Origin: an uncultured Chloroflexia bacterium
GTDB taxonomy: Bacteria; Chloroflexota; Limnocylindria; Limnocylindrales; CSP1-4
Length of the DNA: 64,000 bases
Assembly: GCA_963707215.1 (NCBI GenBank)
Contig: CAVPPB010000001.1
Span: 832,001 to 896,000 of the forward strand
Reading direction: 5' to 3'
Shown: in pieces, positions 49,353 through 62,582 of the stretch
How the letters are laid out: the number at the start of each line of letters is the position of its first letter
Numbering within the stretch: position 1 is the stretch's first letter
The notes under the pieces: model-generated
What the model was told of the DNA's origin: nothing
The model's input: only the letters and a program-made list of their open reading frames with translations
Database searches by the model: none
Program-made: the position numbers and the translations under genes

Positions 49353-52300
49353 ATGGAACGCGCAGGACCGCCCGCCGACAGCGGGCTCGAAGCCAGGATC
49401 GAGGCACTCGAGACGCGCCTCGGACGCCTGGAGGCCGAGACCGACGCTGACGCGCCAGGCTCGCTGGCCGGCCGGATCCGGACGCTCGAGACGGCGATGC
49501 GGAGCCTCCCGCGACAGCCCCCCTCGGCCGTGCGCCCGATCCCCGCCTCGCGACGCGCGGACGCAGCCGGGACCGAGACGCCCGAGCGGGCGGCTGCGAC
49601 GCCGGCCGTCCCGATAGCGCGCCCGGTGGCTGCCGCTGCCGCGAAAGTCTCGAGACCACCGACCGCCGATCAGAGGCCGGCCGCGGCCGCCCAGCCGCCC
49701 GTCGCCGCCGCTCGGCCGCCGGTCGCTCCCCGACCGGACACGGCGCCGGCCTGGACGCCGGCGCCCGGGCCGTCCTTCGCCCTCCCGGCCGCGGTCCGGG
49801 ACCGGCTGCCGGAGCTCGATTCCCGCGAGGCCCTGGGTCGGTTCATCCAGGAGAACACCGGCCGGGCGCTGGCCTGGGTCGGCGGCACGGCCGTCGTCGT
49901 GGCCGCCATCGTCTTCCTGGGCTGGGGCATCCAGACCGGGATGATCACCGAGCCCTGGCGGGTCCTCATCGGCCTGGTCGCTGGCAGCGCCGCCGTCGCT
50001 CTGGGGGCCTGGTTCCTGGAGCGCAGGAACGTCCTGCTGGGCCACGTCCTGACCCCCGTCGGCCTCGCCATCATCATGATCGCCCTCGTCGCCGGGACCA
50101 GGCTCTACGAGCTCTTCCCGGTGCCGGTGGGGCTGGCGGTCGCCCTGTTCGCGGCCGCCCTGACGGCCCTGATCGCCGTCCGGGCCGACTCCCAGCTCGT
50201 GGCCGGCTTCGGCCTGGTCAGCGTCCTGGCGGCACCGCCGCTCCTTGGCGCGTCGCCGGACCTGGTGACCCTCGCCTTCGTCGGGACGGCCCTCGTGGGC
50301 ACGACGGCCATCGCCCTCTGGAGGACCTGGTCGTGGCTGCCGCCGGTGGCCTTCGTCCTGGCCGCTCCGCAGGCGGCGAACTGGCTCATGGGCGAGACCG
50401 ACGTGGCCTTCGGCCTCGTCGGACTGGCCGCCTTCTGGACCCTCAATGCGGTCGCCGCCGGAGGCGAGGAGTTCCGCCGCCGCCGGCTCGACCTCAGCCC
50501 ATCGTCGGCGACGCTCGTCCTGGCCGACGCGGCCTTCCTCGTCTGGGGCGGCTTCGTCCTGCTCGACGGCGATCTCGTGTCCTGGCGGGGATCGTTCCTC
50601 GTCGTCGCGGCCATCGCCAACCTCGCCCTCGGCGCCTGGTTCCTGCTCCGGGATGGCGACCAGAGCCTGTTCGGGCTCCTGGTCGCCGGGACCGGCGTCG
50701 CGGTCCTGACGCTGGCCGCCCCGGTCGGTCTTGGGGCTCCCGCGGTCCCGATCGCCTGGACGGCCGAGGCCGTCGCCCTCGCCTGGCTCGCCTCGCGACG
50801 CAGTCATGCCTACAGCGCCATCGTCGGAGCGATCCTCTATGGGCTGGCAGCTGCCTACCTCCTGGTGGTCGTCTTCCCGTTCGCCGCCGCCTGGGACGGC
50901 GTGGCCTTCCCCGGCGCCCCGCTGGCCCTCGTCGCCTTCGACGCCGGGCTGGTCCTGGGAGCAGCCCTCGTCCGCGACCGCTCGGCCTGGAGCGTGCTCG
51001 CGACGGTCGGCCTGCTGGTGACCGCCTGGTCGATCGGCGTCGCCGCCGAGAGCACCTGGGCCGTCGTCGGCCTGACCGTGCTGGTCGTCGCCGGCGCGGC
51101 GATCCGCCGGGCCCTGCCGCTGCTGCCGGAGCACCGGCTCGCCTGGACCTCCGGCGGCCGGATCGTCATCGCCCACGAGCAGGAGGCGGGGCTTCGAGAC
51201 CTCGCTCGCTCGACCCTGCCGGCAGCCGTCCTCGCGGTCGGTGGGGCCGCCACGGTCCTCGTCGTCGGCGTCACCGCGACCAGCGTGACCGGCGACCGTC
51301 CGTTCCTCGATGCCGCGGGAGGGGCCCTGGGCCTCTACCTCGTCGGCCTCGCGGCTGCCGGGGTCATCGAGCGGTCCTGGACGACCCGCCAGGCGCTCGC
51401 GGCGCTCGGGGTCCTCGTCCTCGGCTGGGCCTGTGCGTGGGAGCTCGACGGCATCGTCCTTGTCGCGGCCTGGACAGCCCTGGCCGTCGTGGCGACCGCC
51501 GCCTGGCGCGGCCTCCGCTACGGCGAGGCGCTCGAGGCGGCTGGGACGAGCGCGGCGACGACACGGCCGAGCGCCGGACGCCCGTCGAGCATGGGTGGTC
51601 TCCCGGTGTCCGGCCTGGTCCTGCCCGGGGCGACCGCCATCGTCGGCTTCCTGGCCGTCGTCCACGTCATCACCAACGAGCTTCCGTACTGGGACTTCGG
51701 CCGGGCCTACCCGCCCGACGTGCCGTTCGCCGACACCGGGTCGCTGGCCGCCGCGATCCTGGCCGGCGGCGCGATCGCCATCGGCCTGCTGGTCGGCGGC
51801 CCGACCGCCCGTCGAGCCGGCGTCCTGGCGGCCGGGATCGCCGCCGCCTACCTCGTCCCGTTCGAGGTCTTCGCCTGGGCGGTGGCCTCGATCTGGGCCG
51901 GCATGGCCGTCGCGGCGGTCGTCGCCTCGCGGATCGACCGGTCCGATCCGGGCGCCTTCCGGATCGCCTCGGGCGCCATCCTGGTGGCCGCGGCGGCGGT
52001 CGCCGTCGGCATCGTGGCCCCACCCGTGCGGCTGTTGCTGCCGGAGGGCGGCCTGACCGTCGGCGCCGCGGTCGAGACGGCGGTGGCCCTGGGCTGGGTC
52101 GTCCTGGCGGGCGCCGTGGTCGCCTGGAACGAGCTAACCGAGCGCTGGGGCCGCGCCATCGAGGTGGCTGTCGCGGTCGGCTTCGTCTATGCCCTCTCCG
52201 TGATCACGGTCGACGTCTTCGCGACGCAGGTCGGCGGTGCGATCCCGACCGAGGATCTTCGGTCCCAGGCCCAGCTCGCGATGAGCGTGCTGTGGGTGGT

Positions 52301-52553
52301 CCTGGGCGCGATCAGCTTCATGCTCGGGCTCTGGCGCGGTCGCGACGACCTGCGGCTCGGCGGACTGGCGCTGTTGGCGCTCGCCGCGGTCAAGGTGTTC
52401 GTCTTCGACACGGCCTCGCTCGAGGGCATCTACCGGGCCGGCTCGTTCTTCTTCCTCGGCCTGGCGCTGCTGGGTCTGGCCTGGCTCTGGCAGCACTTCC
52501 GCCCCGGCGGCCCCATTCGAGGTCCGCACGCGCCGGGACGACCGGCCCACTGA
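49353..52553 (+). CDS. Large DUF2339-family multi-pass membrane protein
   Basis: Pro/Ala-rich N-terminus, GRALAWVGG...; C-terminal SVLW...LRLGGLALL..KVFVFD...YRAGSFFFLG. Confidence 0.85.
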   Translation: MERAGPPADSGLEARIEALETRLGRLEAETDADAPGSLAGRIRTLETAMRSLPRQPPSAVRPIPASRRADAAGTETPERAAATPAVPIARPVAAAAAKVSRPPTADQRPAAAAQPPVAAARPPVAPRPDTAPAWTPAPGPSFALPAAVRDRLPELDSREALGRFIQENTGRALAWVGGTAVVVAAIVFLGWGIQTGMITEPWRVLIGLVAGSAAVALGAWFLERRNVLLGHVLTPVGLAIIMIALVAGTRLYELFPVPVGLAVALFAAALTALIAVRADSQLVAGFGLVSVLAAPPLLGASPDLVTLAFVGTALVGTTAIALWRTWSWLPPVAFVLAAPQAANWLMGETDVAFGLVGLAAFWTLNAVAAGGEEFRRRRLDLSPSSATLVLADAAFLVWGGFVLLDGDLVSWRGSFLVVAAIANLALGAWFLLRDGDQSLFGLLVAGTGVAVLTLAAPVGLGAPAVPIAWTAEAVALAWLASRRSHAYSAIVGAILYGLAAAYLLVVVFPFAAAWDGVAFPGAPLALVAFDAGLVLGAALVRDRSAWSVLATVGLLVTAWSIGVAAESTWAVVGLTVLVVAGAAIRRALPLLPEHRLAWTSGGRIVIAHEQEAGLRDLARSTLPAAVLAVGGAATVLVVGVTATSVTGDRPFLDAAGGALGLYLVGLAAAGVIERSWTTRQALAALGVLVLGWACAWELDGIVLVAAWTALAVVATAAWRGLRYGEALEAAGTSAATTRPSAGRPSSMGGLPVSGLVLPGATAIVGFLAVVHVITNELPYWDFGRAYPPDVPFADTGSLAAAILAGGAIAIGLLVGGPTARRAGVLAAGIAAAYLVPFEVFAWAVASIWAGMAVAAVVASRIDRSDPGAFRIASGAILVAAAAVAVGIVAPPVRLLLPEGGLTVGAAVETAVALGWVVLAGAVVAWNELTERWGRAIEVAVAVGFVYALSVITVDVFATQVGGAIPTEDLRSQAQLAMSVLWVVLGAISFMLGLWRGRDDLRLGGLALLALAAVKVFVFDTASLEGIYRAGSFFFLGLALLGLAWLWQHFRPGGPIRGPHAPGRPAH

Positions 52554-52736
52554 CGAACGGTCCTCCGGGGATCGTCCCGCCCCTCACCGGGGCGATCCCC
52601 GGGCAACCACCACCCGGCCCAGCCGGTCCCGCGACCGGGCGCCGGGCGCTCGACGTCTCGCTCGACGCCCCGCGCGACGTCCCGCTCCCCGGTCCCGTCG
52701 GCCCGCGACCCCCGGCGCTCGGCCATCCTGCCCGCC

Positions 52737-54440
52737 ATGGCCGCCGGCGCACCCTCGGCACCCCCCTTCCCCCGCCTGTTCGCGCCCCTCCGGATCGGCG
52801 GTGTGACGCTGCCGAACCGGATCGTCTCGACGGGTCACGACACCGTCATGGCGGCGGACGGCCTGGTGACCGACCGGCTCGTCGCCTACCAGGAGGCCCG
52901 GGCGGCCGGCGGGGTCGGGCTGATCGTCATCCAGGTGGCCGGGGTCCACCCGACGGCCGAGTACACCTCGCATGCCCTGATGGCCCACGACGACGCCTGC
53001 ATCCCGGGCTTCCGACGGCTGGCCCGGGCGATCCAGGGCCACGGGGTGCCCGTGTTCGGCCAGATCTTCCACGGGGGGCGCGAGGTCATGGACTCCGAGG
53101 ACGGGTCGCTCGCGCTCGCCGTCGCCCCGTCGGCCGTGCCGAGCGAGCGCTTCCACGTCATCCCCATGGCGATGCCGATCCCGCTGATCGAGGAGATCGT
53201 CGCCGGCTACGCCGCGGCCGCCGGCCGGCTCCAGGTCGCCGGCCTGGACGGGGTCGAGATCATCGCCAGCCACGGCTACCTGCCGGCCCAGTTCCTCAAC
53301 CCGCGGGTCAACCTGCGGACCGACCGCTACGGCGGCGACGACGAGGGCCGCCTGCGGTTCCTCCGCGAGACGATCGCCGCGGTGCGCGGGGTGGTCGGCG
53401 ACGAGCTCGTCGTCGGCCTGCGGGTCTCGCTCGACGAGATCGGCCACGACGGCCTGACCGCCGAAGAGTTCCTGGCCGCCGTGACCGCCCTCGACCGCGA
53501 TGGCGGACTGAGCTACGTCAGCGTCGCGGCCGGCTCCTCGGCGACCCTCGCCGGCTCGGTCCACATCGTCCCGCCGATGAGCGAGCCGAACGCCTACACG
53601 GCTCCGCTGGCGGCACGGGTCCGGGCGGCCGTGTCCGTCCCGGTGATCGTCGCCGGGCGGGTCAATCAGCCCCAGGAGGCCGAGGCGATCCTGGCGGCCG
53701 GCCAGGCCGATGCGGTGGCCATGACCCGGGCGCTCATCAGCGATCCGCTCCTGCCGCGGAAGGCCCTGGAGGGCCGGCTCGACGACATCCGCGCCTGCGT
53801 GGGCTGCGACCAGGCCTGCATCGGCCACTTCCACGCCGGCTACCCCATCTCCTGCATCCAGTACCCGGAGTCCGGCCGTGAGCTCGAGTACGGTCGTCGG
53901 GTGCCGGCACGACCGGCGCGGGACGTCGTCGTCGTCGGTGGCGGTCCGGGAGGGCTCAAGGCGGCGGCCGTGGCCGCCGAGCGCGGGCATCGGGTGACCC
54001 TCTTCGAGGCGGCCCGCCGGGTCGGCGGCCAGGTCCTCCTGGCCGAGAAGCTGCCCGGTCGAGCCGAGTTCGGCGGAGTGGCCATCAACCTGCTCGGCGA
54101 GGCGCGACGGGCCGGGGTCGCCATCGAGACGAGCGTGCGGGTGGATGCCGCGACGATCCACGGGCTTGCGCCCGACGCCGTCATCGTGGCGACCGGGGCC
54201 ACGCCACGGAGGCCGCCGCTCGAACTGGTCGGCGAGCCGCTCGTCCTCGACGCCTGGGAGGTCCTGGGCGGGGCCGACGTCCCCGACGGCCGGGTCGTCG
54301 TCGCCGACTGGCGGTGCGACTGGGTCGGCCTGGGCATCGCCGAGCTGCTGGGCCGGCGGGGCCGCCGGGTCACGCTCGCCTCGACCGGCTACATGGCCGG
54401 TCAGCGGATCCAGCAGTACGTGCGTGACACGATGACGGCC
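52737..54440 (+). CDS. NADH:flavin oxidoreductase (OYE/FadH/TMADH-like), truncated at the apparent junction
   Basis: LPNRIVSTGH, SHGYLPAQFLNP, RTDRYGG, CVGCDQAC...C, VVVGGGPGG. Recognisable homology stops after QQYVRDTM; the ORF tail to 54506 is unrelated. Confidence 0.85.
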
Positions 54441-54608
54441 GCGCCATCGGCGTGGTGTTGTTTCTGCGGCGGCACACGCGGTCGGATGACGAAGGCCCGG
54501 AAGTAGCCTGAACGCCAGGACGCCGGACGATCGCCGGCCTCCCGCAGCCAATCGGTGAGGGCGTTATGATTGCCCGCAGGCTCCCTCAGTTACGTTGGAG
54601 AATCGACC

Positions 54609-55715
54609 GTGAAGCTGGCGCTCGCCGTAACGTTGATCATTGCCGTTCTTCCGTCGGTGTGGCTGCCGTTGCCCGCCGCGCAGGAGACCGAGAACGTCGT
54701 CTTGTTGACCCTCGATGGGCTGCGCTGGCAGGAGGTTTTCGCCGGCGCGGATGAAGCTCTGCTGACCGAAGAGGCGGGCGGCGTCGATGACGTCGACGCG
54801 CTGCGCGAAGAATTCTGGCGGCCGGCTCCGGAGCAGCGCCGCAGCGTGCTGATGCCGTTTCTGTGGAACATCATCGTTCCCTCGGGGCAACTGTTCGGCA
54901 ACGCCTGGCGCGGCAGCGAGGTGCGGGTTACCAATGGCCGCAACTTCTCCTATCCGGGGTATCAGGAAATCCTCGGAGGCTTTCCCGACGATCGCATCGA
55001 CAGCAACGACAAGCGCCTCAATCCCAATCCCAACGTGCTCGAGTGGATCGCGGCGCAGCCCGGTTTCGAGGGTCGCGTCGCCGCGTTCGCTTCCTGGGAC
55101 GTGTTCCCCTTCATCCTCAACGAGCCACGCGCCGGCATACCGGTCAACGCCGGCTGGGAGCCTATCGACGACCTGCCGACGACCCCGCGACTCCAGCTAC
55201 TCAACGACCTGATTCGTACCAGCCGACGAGACGGCGACGGCGTGCGCCACGACGAGCTCACCTTCTTCGCCGCACTCGAGTACCTCGAGCAGGCGCAACC
55301 ACGGGTTCTCTACATCTCGTTCGATGGCACCGACACCGATGCCCACTCGCGGAGGTACGACCGCTACCTGCGCTCGGCCCGTCTCGGCGACGAATACCTC
55401 CGAATGCTCTGGGAGAAGCTGCAATCGATGGAGCAGTACGCCGGCAAGACGACCTTGATCCTCACCACCGACCACGGCCGCGGCGATCCCCCGGACGAGT
55501 GGCGCAGCCACGGCGAGGACGTCGTCGGTTCGGAGCTGATGTGGCTGGCCGCGATGGGGCCCGGCACCGCCGCACTCGGCGAGCGCGCCGATACGGCGGG
55601 GCTGACGCAGTCGCAGGTGGCGGCCACCGTCGCGGCGCTCCTCGGCCTCGACTACCGGGCCGCGGTTCCCGAGGCGGCGCCACCGATCGCTCAGGTCGTC
55701 GGGAACGGTCGCTGA
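54609..55715 (+). CDS. Secreted alkaline-phosphatase superfamily protein
   Basis: Signal peptide; NVVLLTLDGLRWQE, FSYPGY, TDTDAH, TTDHGRG. Confidence 0.8.
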   Translation: MKLALAVTLIIAVLPSVWLPLPAAQETENVVLLTLDGLRWQEVFAGADEALLTEEAGGVDDVDALREEFWRPAPEQRRSVLMPFLWNIIVPSGQLFGNAWRGSEVRVTNGRNFSYPGYQEILGGFPDDRIDSNDKRLNPNPNVLEWIAAQPGFEGRVAAFASWDVFPFILNEPRAGIPVNAGWEPIDDLPTTPRLQLLNDLIRTSRRDGDGVRHDELTFFAALEYLEQAQPRVLYISFDGTDTDAHSRRYDRYLRSARLGDEYLRMLWEKLQSMEQYAGKTTLILTTDHGRGDPPDEWRSHGEDVVGSELMWLAAMGPGTAALGERADTAGLTQSQVAATVAALLGLDYRAAVPEAAPPIAQVVGNGR

Positions 55716-55976
55716 GGGCACCTGATCGTGCGCGGCTGCGCCGCGCGGAGATCCACCCCGGCGACTCCGCGAGGAAGCTCTGGCCCGGCTCGACGCGTCT
55801 GCATTCTCGAGAAGAGTTTTGATCACTTTTACGTAGATATGCACAGTTTTATTGGTCTTTTACACAGGCTCCATCTGAATCGAGCTGGAAACGGCGACGA
55901 AAGGGTGTTATCTACCTTCATAGCCCAGCCGGTTACGCAGCAAGAGAACCCAACTCGCTAGGTTAGGGAGGTCAAG

Positions 55977-56666
55977 GTGACCCGGAGCATCCTCCTGACA
56001 GGTCTGCTCACGACTCTTTTGTGCGCTTCGGCGCAGGCTCAGTCCCCCACCACGCCGGTCGAGCCCCGGACGACGTTCTCCGCCGGCGCGTCCGCCGGCT
56101 ACTACTCCGGCTTCGGCGTCGAGTTCAACGGTACGTTCGAGAACTTCGCCCGCGGCTTGCCGATGGCGGCACGCTTTGCCCTCGGCTACGCCGTCGTCGA
56201 CCCGGGATCGGCGGCGGACGCTCGCCGCATCTTCATCAACGACGCAAGAAACGGCCAGCCCGAGAAGTCCGGTCGCATACTCGACCTCCGCTTCGACGCC
56301 ATGTTTCGCATGACCTCGGAATCCGCGACCCCGGCCTATTTCTACGCCGGGCCGCGATACTCGAGCTTCCGCGGCAACTTCCGCTTCGTCGGCGGCAACG
56401 AGGACTTCGACGTGACCTCCGGCCAGTGGGGGCTCGGCACCGGGCTCGAGGGTCACTTCGGCATGGGTCGCTCCGGCGCGCTCGTCATCGGCGGCGGCGT
56501 CGATTATTTCTTCGATGCCCCGTTGAAGGGACACGACACCGTGTACACGCCTTCCGGCGACGATACCAACGCGCGACGCAATTACACCTTCGAGGACGCC
56601 GACGCGGCCATCAAGCAGCCGCGTTGGGTGCCACGATTCATGGTGGGGTTCAACTACACGTTCTAG
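55977..56666 (+). CDS. Outer-membrane beta-barrel-like protein
   Basis: GGGAGG RBS, Sec signal (AQA), Gly/aromatic alternating strands, C-terminal MVGFNYTF. Confidence 0.7.
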   Translation: MTRSILLTGLLTTLLCASAQAQSPTTPVEPRTTFSAGASAGYYSGFGVEFNGTFENFARGLPMAARFALGYAVVDPGSAADARRIFINDARNGQPEKSGRILDLRFDAMFRMTSESATPAYFYAGPRYSSFRGNFRFVGGNEDFDVTSGQWGLGTGLEGHFGMGRSGALVIGGGVDYFFDAPLKGHDTVYTPSGDDTNARRNYTFEDADAAIKQPRWVPRFMVGFNYTF

Positions 56667-56977
56667 CTCTAGCCACGACGCGCCGATGCCCTGTGGCGGG
56701 CGGCCGCAGTGAGCGTCGACGATCGCCTACCTGCTCCGCCGGCCGCTTCCGCCCGGCACGCAGTCGGCGGTCAACCGCTACCTGGACTGCGGCATCTTTG
56801 CCCGCGGCTTCGCCCAGGGGTCAGCCGCTTCATTCGATGTATGCTTCTCGCGAGCGATACCACGAGGTCATGGAGCGCTCGCAGACGCCGAGGGTACGTG
56901 ACCGGCCCTGATGAAACGGTGAACACCATGTGCGGGGCTGGTCGCGATGCCGACCGGGCTTCTGCAAAGGACCGACC

Positions 56978-59482
<2,505 letters not shown>

Positions 59483-59555
59483 AGCCCCACGCGGCCGCCG
59501 CGCGGCGCGTTGTCGCGAAACGTTGCTCGACACGGCATGAGCACGGGAGGTGGGT

Positions 59556-60643
59556 GTGAATCGACGTATTGGAGTTCTGACCGGCGGCGGCGATTGCCCA
59601 GGACTCAACGCGGTCATTCGCGCGGTCGCCAAGGCGGCCAACCGGCACGGCTGGGAAACGGTGGGCATTCTCGGAGGCTACGAGGGGCTGCTCGAGCCCC
59701 TGCGCTCCCGCACGCTCGACTACCGCGAGCTGGGCGGCCTGCTCACCCGCGGCGGCACGATCCTCGGCACCAGCAACCGCGGCCGCTTCGCCGCCAAGGT
59801 GGGGCACGGCGACACGCAACGGATCCCGACCGAGGTGCTCGACGACGCGAAGCGCGGATGCGAGGCGCTCGGACTGTCGGCCTTGATCGCGATTGGCGGC
59901 GACGGGTCACTGAGCATCGCGCAGCAGCTGTTCGAGCACGGCCTGCCCGATCGTCGGCGTGCCCAAGACCATCGACAACGACCTGGCGGCGACCGTGATG
60001 ACCTTCGGCTTCGACTCGGCCGTGGCCTGCGCGACCGACGCGCTGGACCGGCTGCACAGCACGGCCGAGAGCCACGAGCGCGTCATGGTCCTGGAGGTGA
60101 TGGGGCGATACGCGGGGTGGATCGCCATCTACGCGGGCATCGCCGGCGGCGCCGACGTGATTCTCATCCCCGAGATTCCGTTTCGCTACGATGCCGGATC
60201 TGCGGCGAAGATCGCCGAGCGCGAACAGGCGGGCCGTCACTTCAGCATTGTGGTGGTGGCCGAGGGCGCCCGGCCGGAGGGCGGCGCGTTCGTGACCACC
60301 GGCGACCAGCCCGCGGACCGCGAGGCGCGCCTGGGTGGCATCGGCGCGCAGGTGGCGGCCGAGCTCGAGCGTCGCACGGGCAAGGAGACGCGCGCCGTGG
60401 TGCTCGGCCATCTGCAGCGCGGCGGCGGTCCCACCAACTTCGACCGCGCGCTCTGCTCGCTCTTCGGGACCACGGCGGTGGAGCTGGCGGCCGAGGGCCG
60501 GTTCGGCCGCATGGTGACCTACACCGGCGACGCAGATCAGCAGCGTGCCGCTGGCCGACGCGATCGGGCGGCTGCGGACGGTTCCGCTCGACGGCGGGTT
60601 CGCGCGCGGTGCCCGAGCGCTCGGCATCTGCCTCGGCGAGTGA
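59556..60643 (+). CDS. pfkA: 6-phosphofructokinase (PfkA family; GGDG suggests ATP-dependent; frameshifts)
   Basis: LTGGGDCPGLN, GGTILG, GGDGS, PKTIDND, EVMGR, LGHLQRGG. Confidence 0.9.
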
Positions 60644-60810
60644 CGCGCGGAATGGAGCCGATCGCATGGGTCTGCCGGCGAACAAGTGGACTGCCGCAGT
60701 CAGCTGCCGCCGCGTGCCCGTGGCCGACGCATGCCTGAGCGACCCTCGGCGGATACCTAATTGAACCGTGAGACGAGCGCGTCTCATACACTGGAGCGCA
60801 GGAGCACACG

Positions 60811-61835
60811 ATGCCAGTCGCCAATCATGAGATCTTCTGCCGGATGCTGGACCGTGCCCGCGAGCAACGGTTCGCCTATCCGGCCATCAACGTCACGTCG
60901 CTGACAACCGCGAATGCCGTCTTGCGCGGTCTGGCGGAGAGCCGGAGCGACGGGATCATCCAGGTCTCGACCGGCGGGGGCGCCTTTGCGTCGGGCTCGT
61001 CCGTCAAGGACATGGCCCTCGGCGCAATCTCGATCGCCGAGCACGTCCATAGGGTCGCCGAGCGCTATCCCATCTACGTAGCGCTGGCGACCGACCACTG
61101 CCTCGCTGACAAGCTCGATCGGTTCGTCGTCCCGCTAGTGGAAGAAACCGAGAAGCGCCGGGCCACCGGGCGGCCGAATCTCTTCAACCTGCACATGTTC
61201 GACGGCAGCAACCTCTCCCTGCAGGAGAACCTCGACATCGCGGTGCCGCTGCTCGAGCGGTTTCGCGAGAACGAGCTCGTTCTCGAAGTCGAGGCGGGCG
61301 TGGTGGGCGGCGAAGAGGATGGCGTTGTCGGCAACGCCCCCGACAAGCTGTACACGACTCCGGAGGACACCTTGGAGGTGGCGCGGCGTCTCAACGCCGT
61401 GACTGGGGGACGCTATCTGCTGGCGGCGACCTTCGGCAACGTGCACGGCGTCTACAAGCCGGGACGCGTGGCGCTGAAGCCCGAGGTGCTGCGGGACGTG
61501 TCAGAATGAGGTCGTGAAGGCGTACGGCGAGGCCGCACGCTTCTACTTCGTGTTTCATGGAGGCTCCGGCTCCGCCCTGCACGAGATCCACGCCGCTGTC
61601 GACTACGGGGTGGTGAAGATGAACGTCGACACCGACATGCAGTACACGTTCACCCGCGCCATCGCTGATCACATGTTCAGGTATTACGACGGTGTGCTTG
61701 CGGGTCGACGGCGAGGTCGGGAACAAGAAGTTCTACGATCCACGCTCGTACCTGGCGCTGGCCGAGGCGGCGATGGCCGCCCGCGTGGCGCAGGCGGCAA
61801 GCGACCTCCGGGCACTGGGGACCACGGCCTGCTAG
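60811..61835 (+). CDS. fbaA: Class II fructose-bisphosphate aldolase (frameshifts near 61505 and 61700)
   Basis: AYPAINV, TDHC, HMFDGS, GGEEDG, FGNVHGVYK, FHGGSGS, KMNVDTD, KKFYDPRS. Confidence 0.92.
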
Positions 61836-62125
61836 CGGCCGGGACGCGCGGCCTCGCCCCGGTCGGAGACTTGCTTTCGCATCAGCCCCGCAGCGGGCAG
61901 CAGGACGATGAGCGCCGTGAGTGTGGTGACAATGACCATCACCGACACATTGGGGTCGGTAAAGTTCTGCGTGCTCACGATCAACGCAGCCGGGAAACTC
62001 AGCCTGGCGTTTCGGAGCGGCGCCACGATTTGTGGCAGCCTCAGCCCCAGGCCGATCTCGGACATGCTCGAAACGAGGAAGACCAAAACGGATACCTGCG
62101 CAACGGCCGCGAGGAATTCAGTCAT
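61832..62125 (-). pseudogene. Internally deleted bile acid:sodium symporter-family remnant
   Basis: N-terminal VLVFLVSSM..GLGL...IVAPLRNARL joined directly to C-terminal AALIVSTQNFTDPNVSVMV. Confidence 0.55.
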
Positions 62126-62137
62126 AGAGACGCCGGG

Positions 62138-62500
62138 TCAACGCGCCTTGGCGATCACCAGCAAGAAGGCCGCCGCGTCGACGCCGCGCACGGAATGTCG
62201 AACTCCGGGGGCGAAGACGACGGAACAACCGGCCTCCACTTCGCGCTCGGCGTCGCCGCTGATGAACACGACCTTGCCCTCGATCACGGTGAGGGTTACC
62301 GAACCCGGCGCCTCGTGCTCGTCGAGCGACACCCCCTCGTTGATGACCGTCAGCAAGACGTTCATTTCGGGGGCCTTGGCGAGCGTCTGCGCGCTGCGCC
62401 CGTTGTTGGCGTATTCGGGGCTGGCCCGCAGGGCGGCGGCAACCGCTTTAAGGTCGAAGGTCTCCACCGCGGATCCACTGATATCGATCGGCATGCTCAT
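62138..62500 (-). CDS. Cupin-domain protein
   Basis: AQTLAK, LDEHEAPGSVTLTVIEG, PGVRHSV. Confidence 0.8.
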   Translation of the reverse strand: MSMPIDISGSAVETFDLKAVAAALRASPEYANNGRSAQTLAKAPEMNVLLTVINEGVSLDEHEAPGSVTLTVIEGKVVFISGDAEREVEAGCSVVFAPGVRHSVRGVDAAAFLLVIAKAR

Positions 62501-62582
62501 GTTCGCTCCCCTTTCATCTGTGGCTTCTCGAACTGTCGTGAGATCATAGCCGCGATGACGCTGACGTAACCCGGAGGAAGCG

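Noticed and set aside
55870-55970. c-di-AMP (ydaO) riboswitch, suggested by CTGAATC
   Set aside because: The other conserved elements (GGAACC, GGGG-GAA, CCCGTCAGCTAAC) are absent.
55977-56666. The beta-barrel as porin partner of the cytochrome locus
   Set aside because: It is too small for an MtrB-type conduit and lies beyond the suspected chimeric junction.
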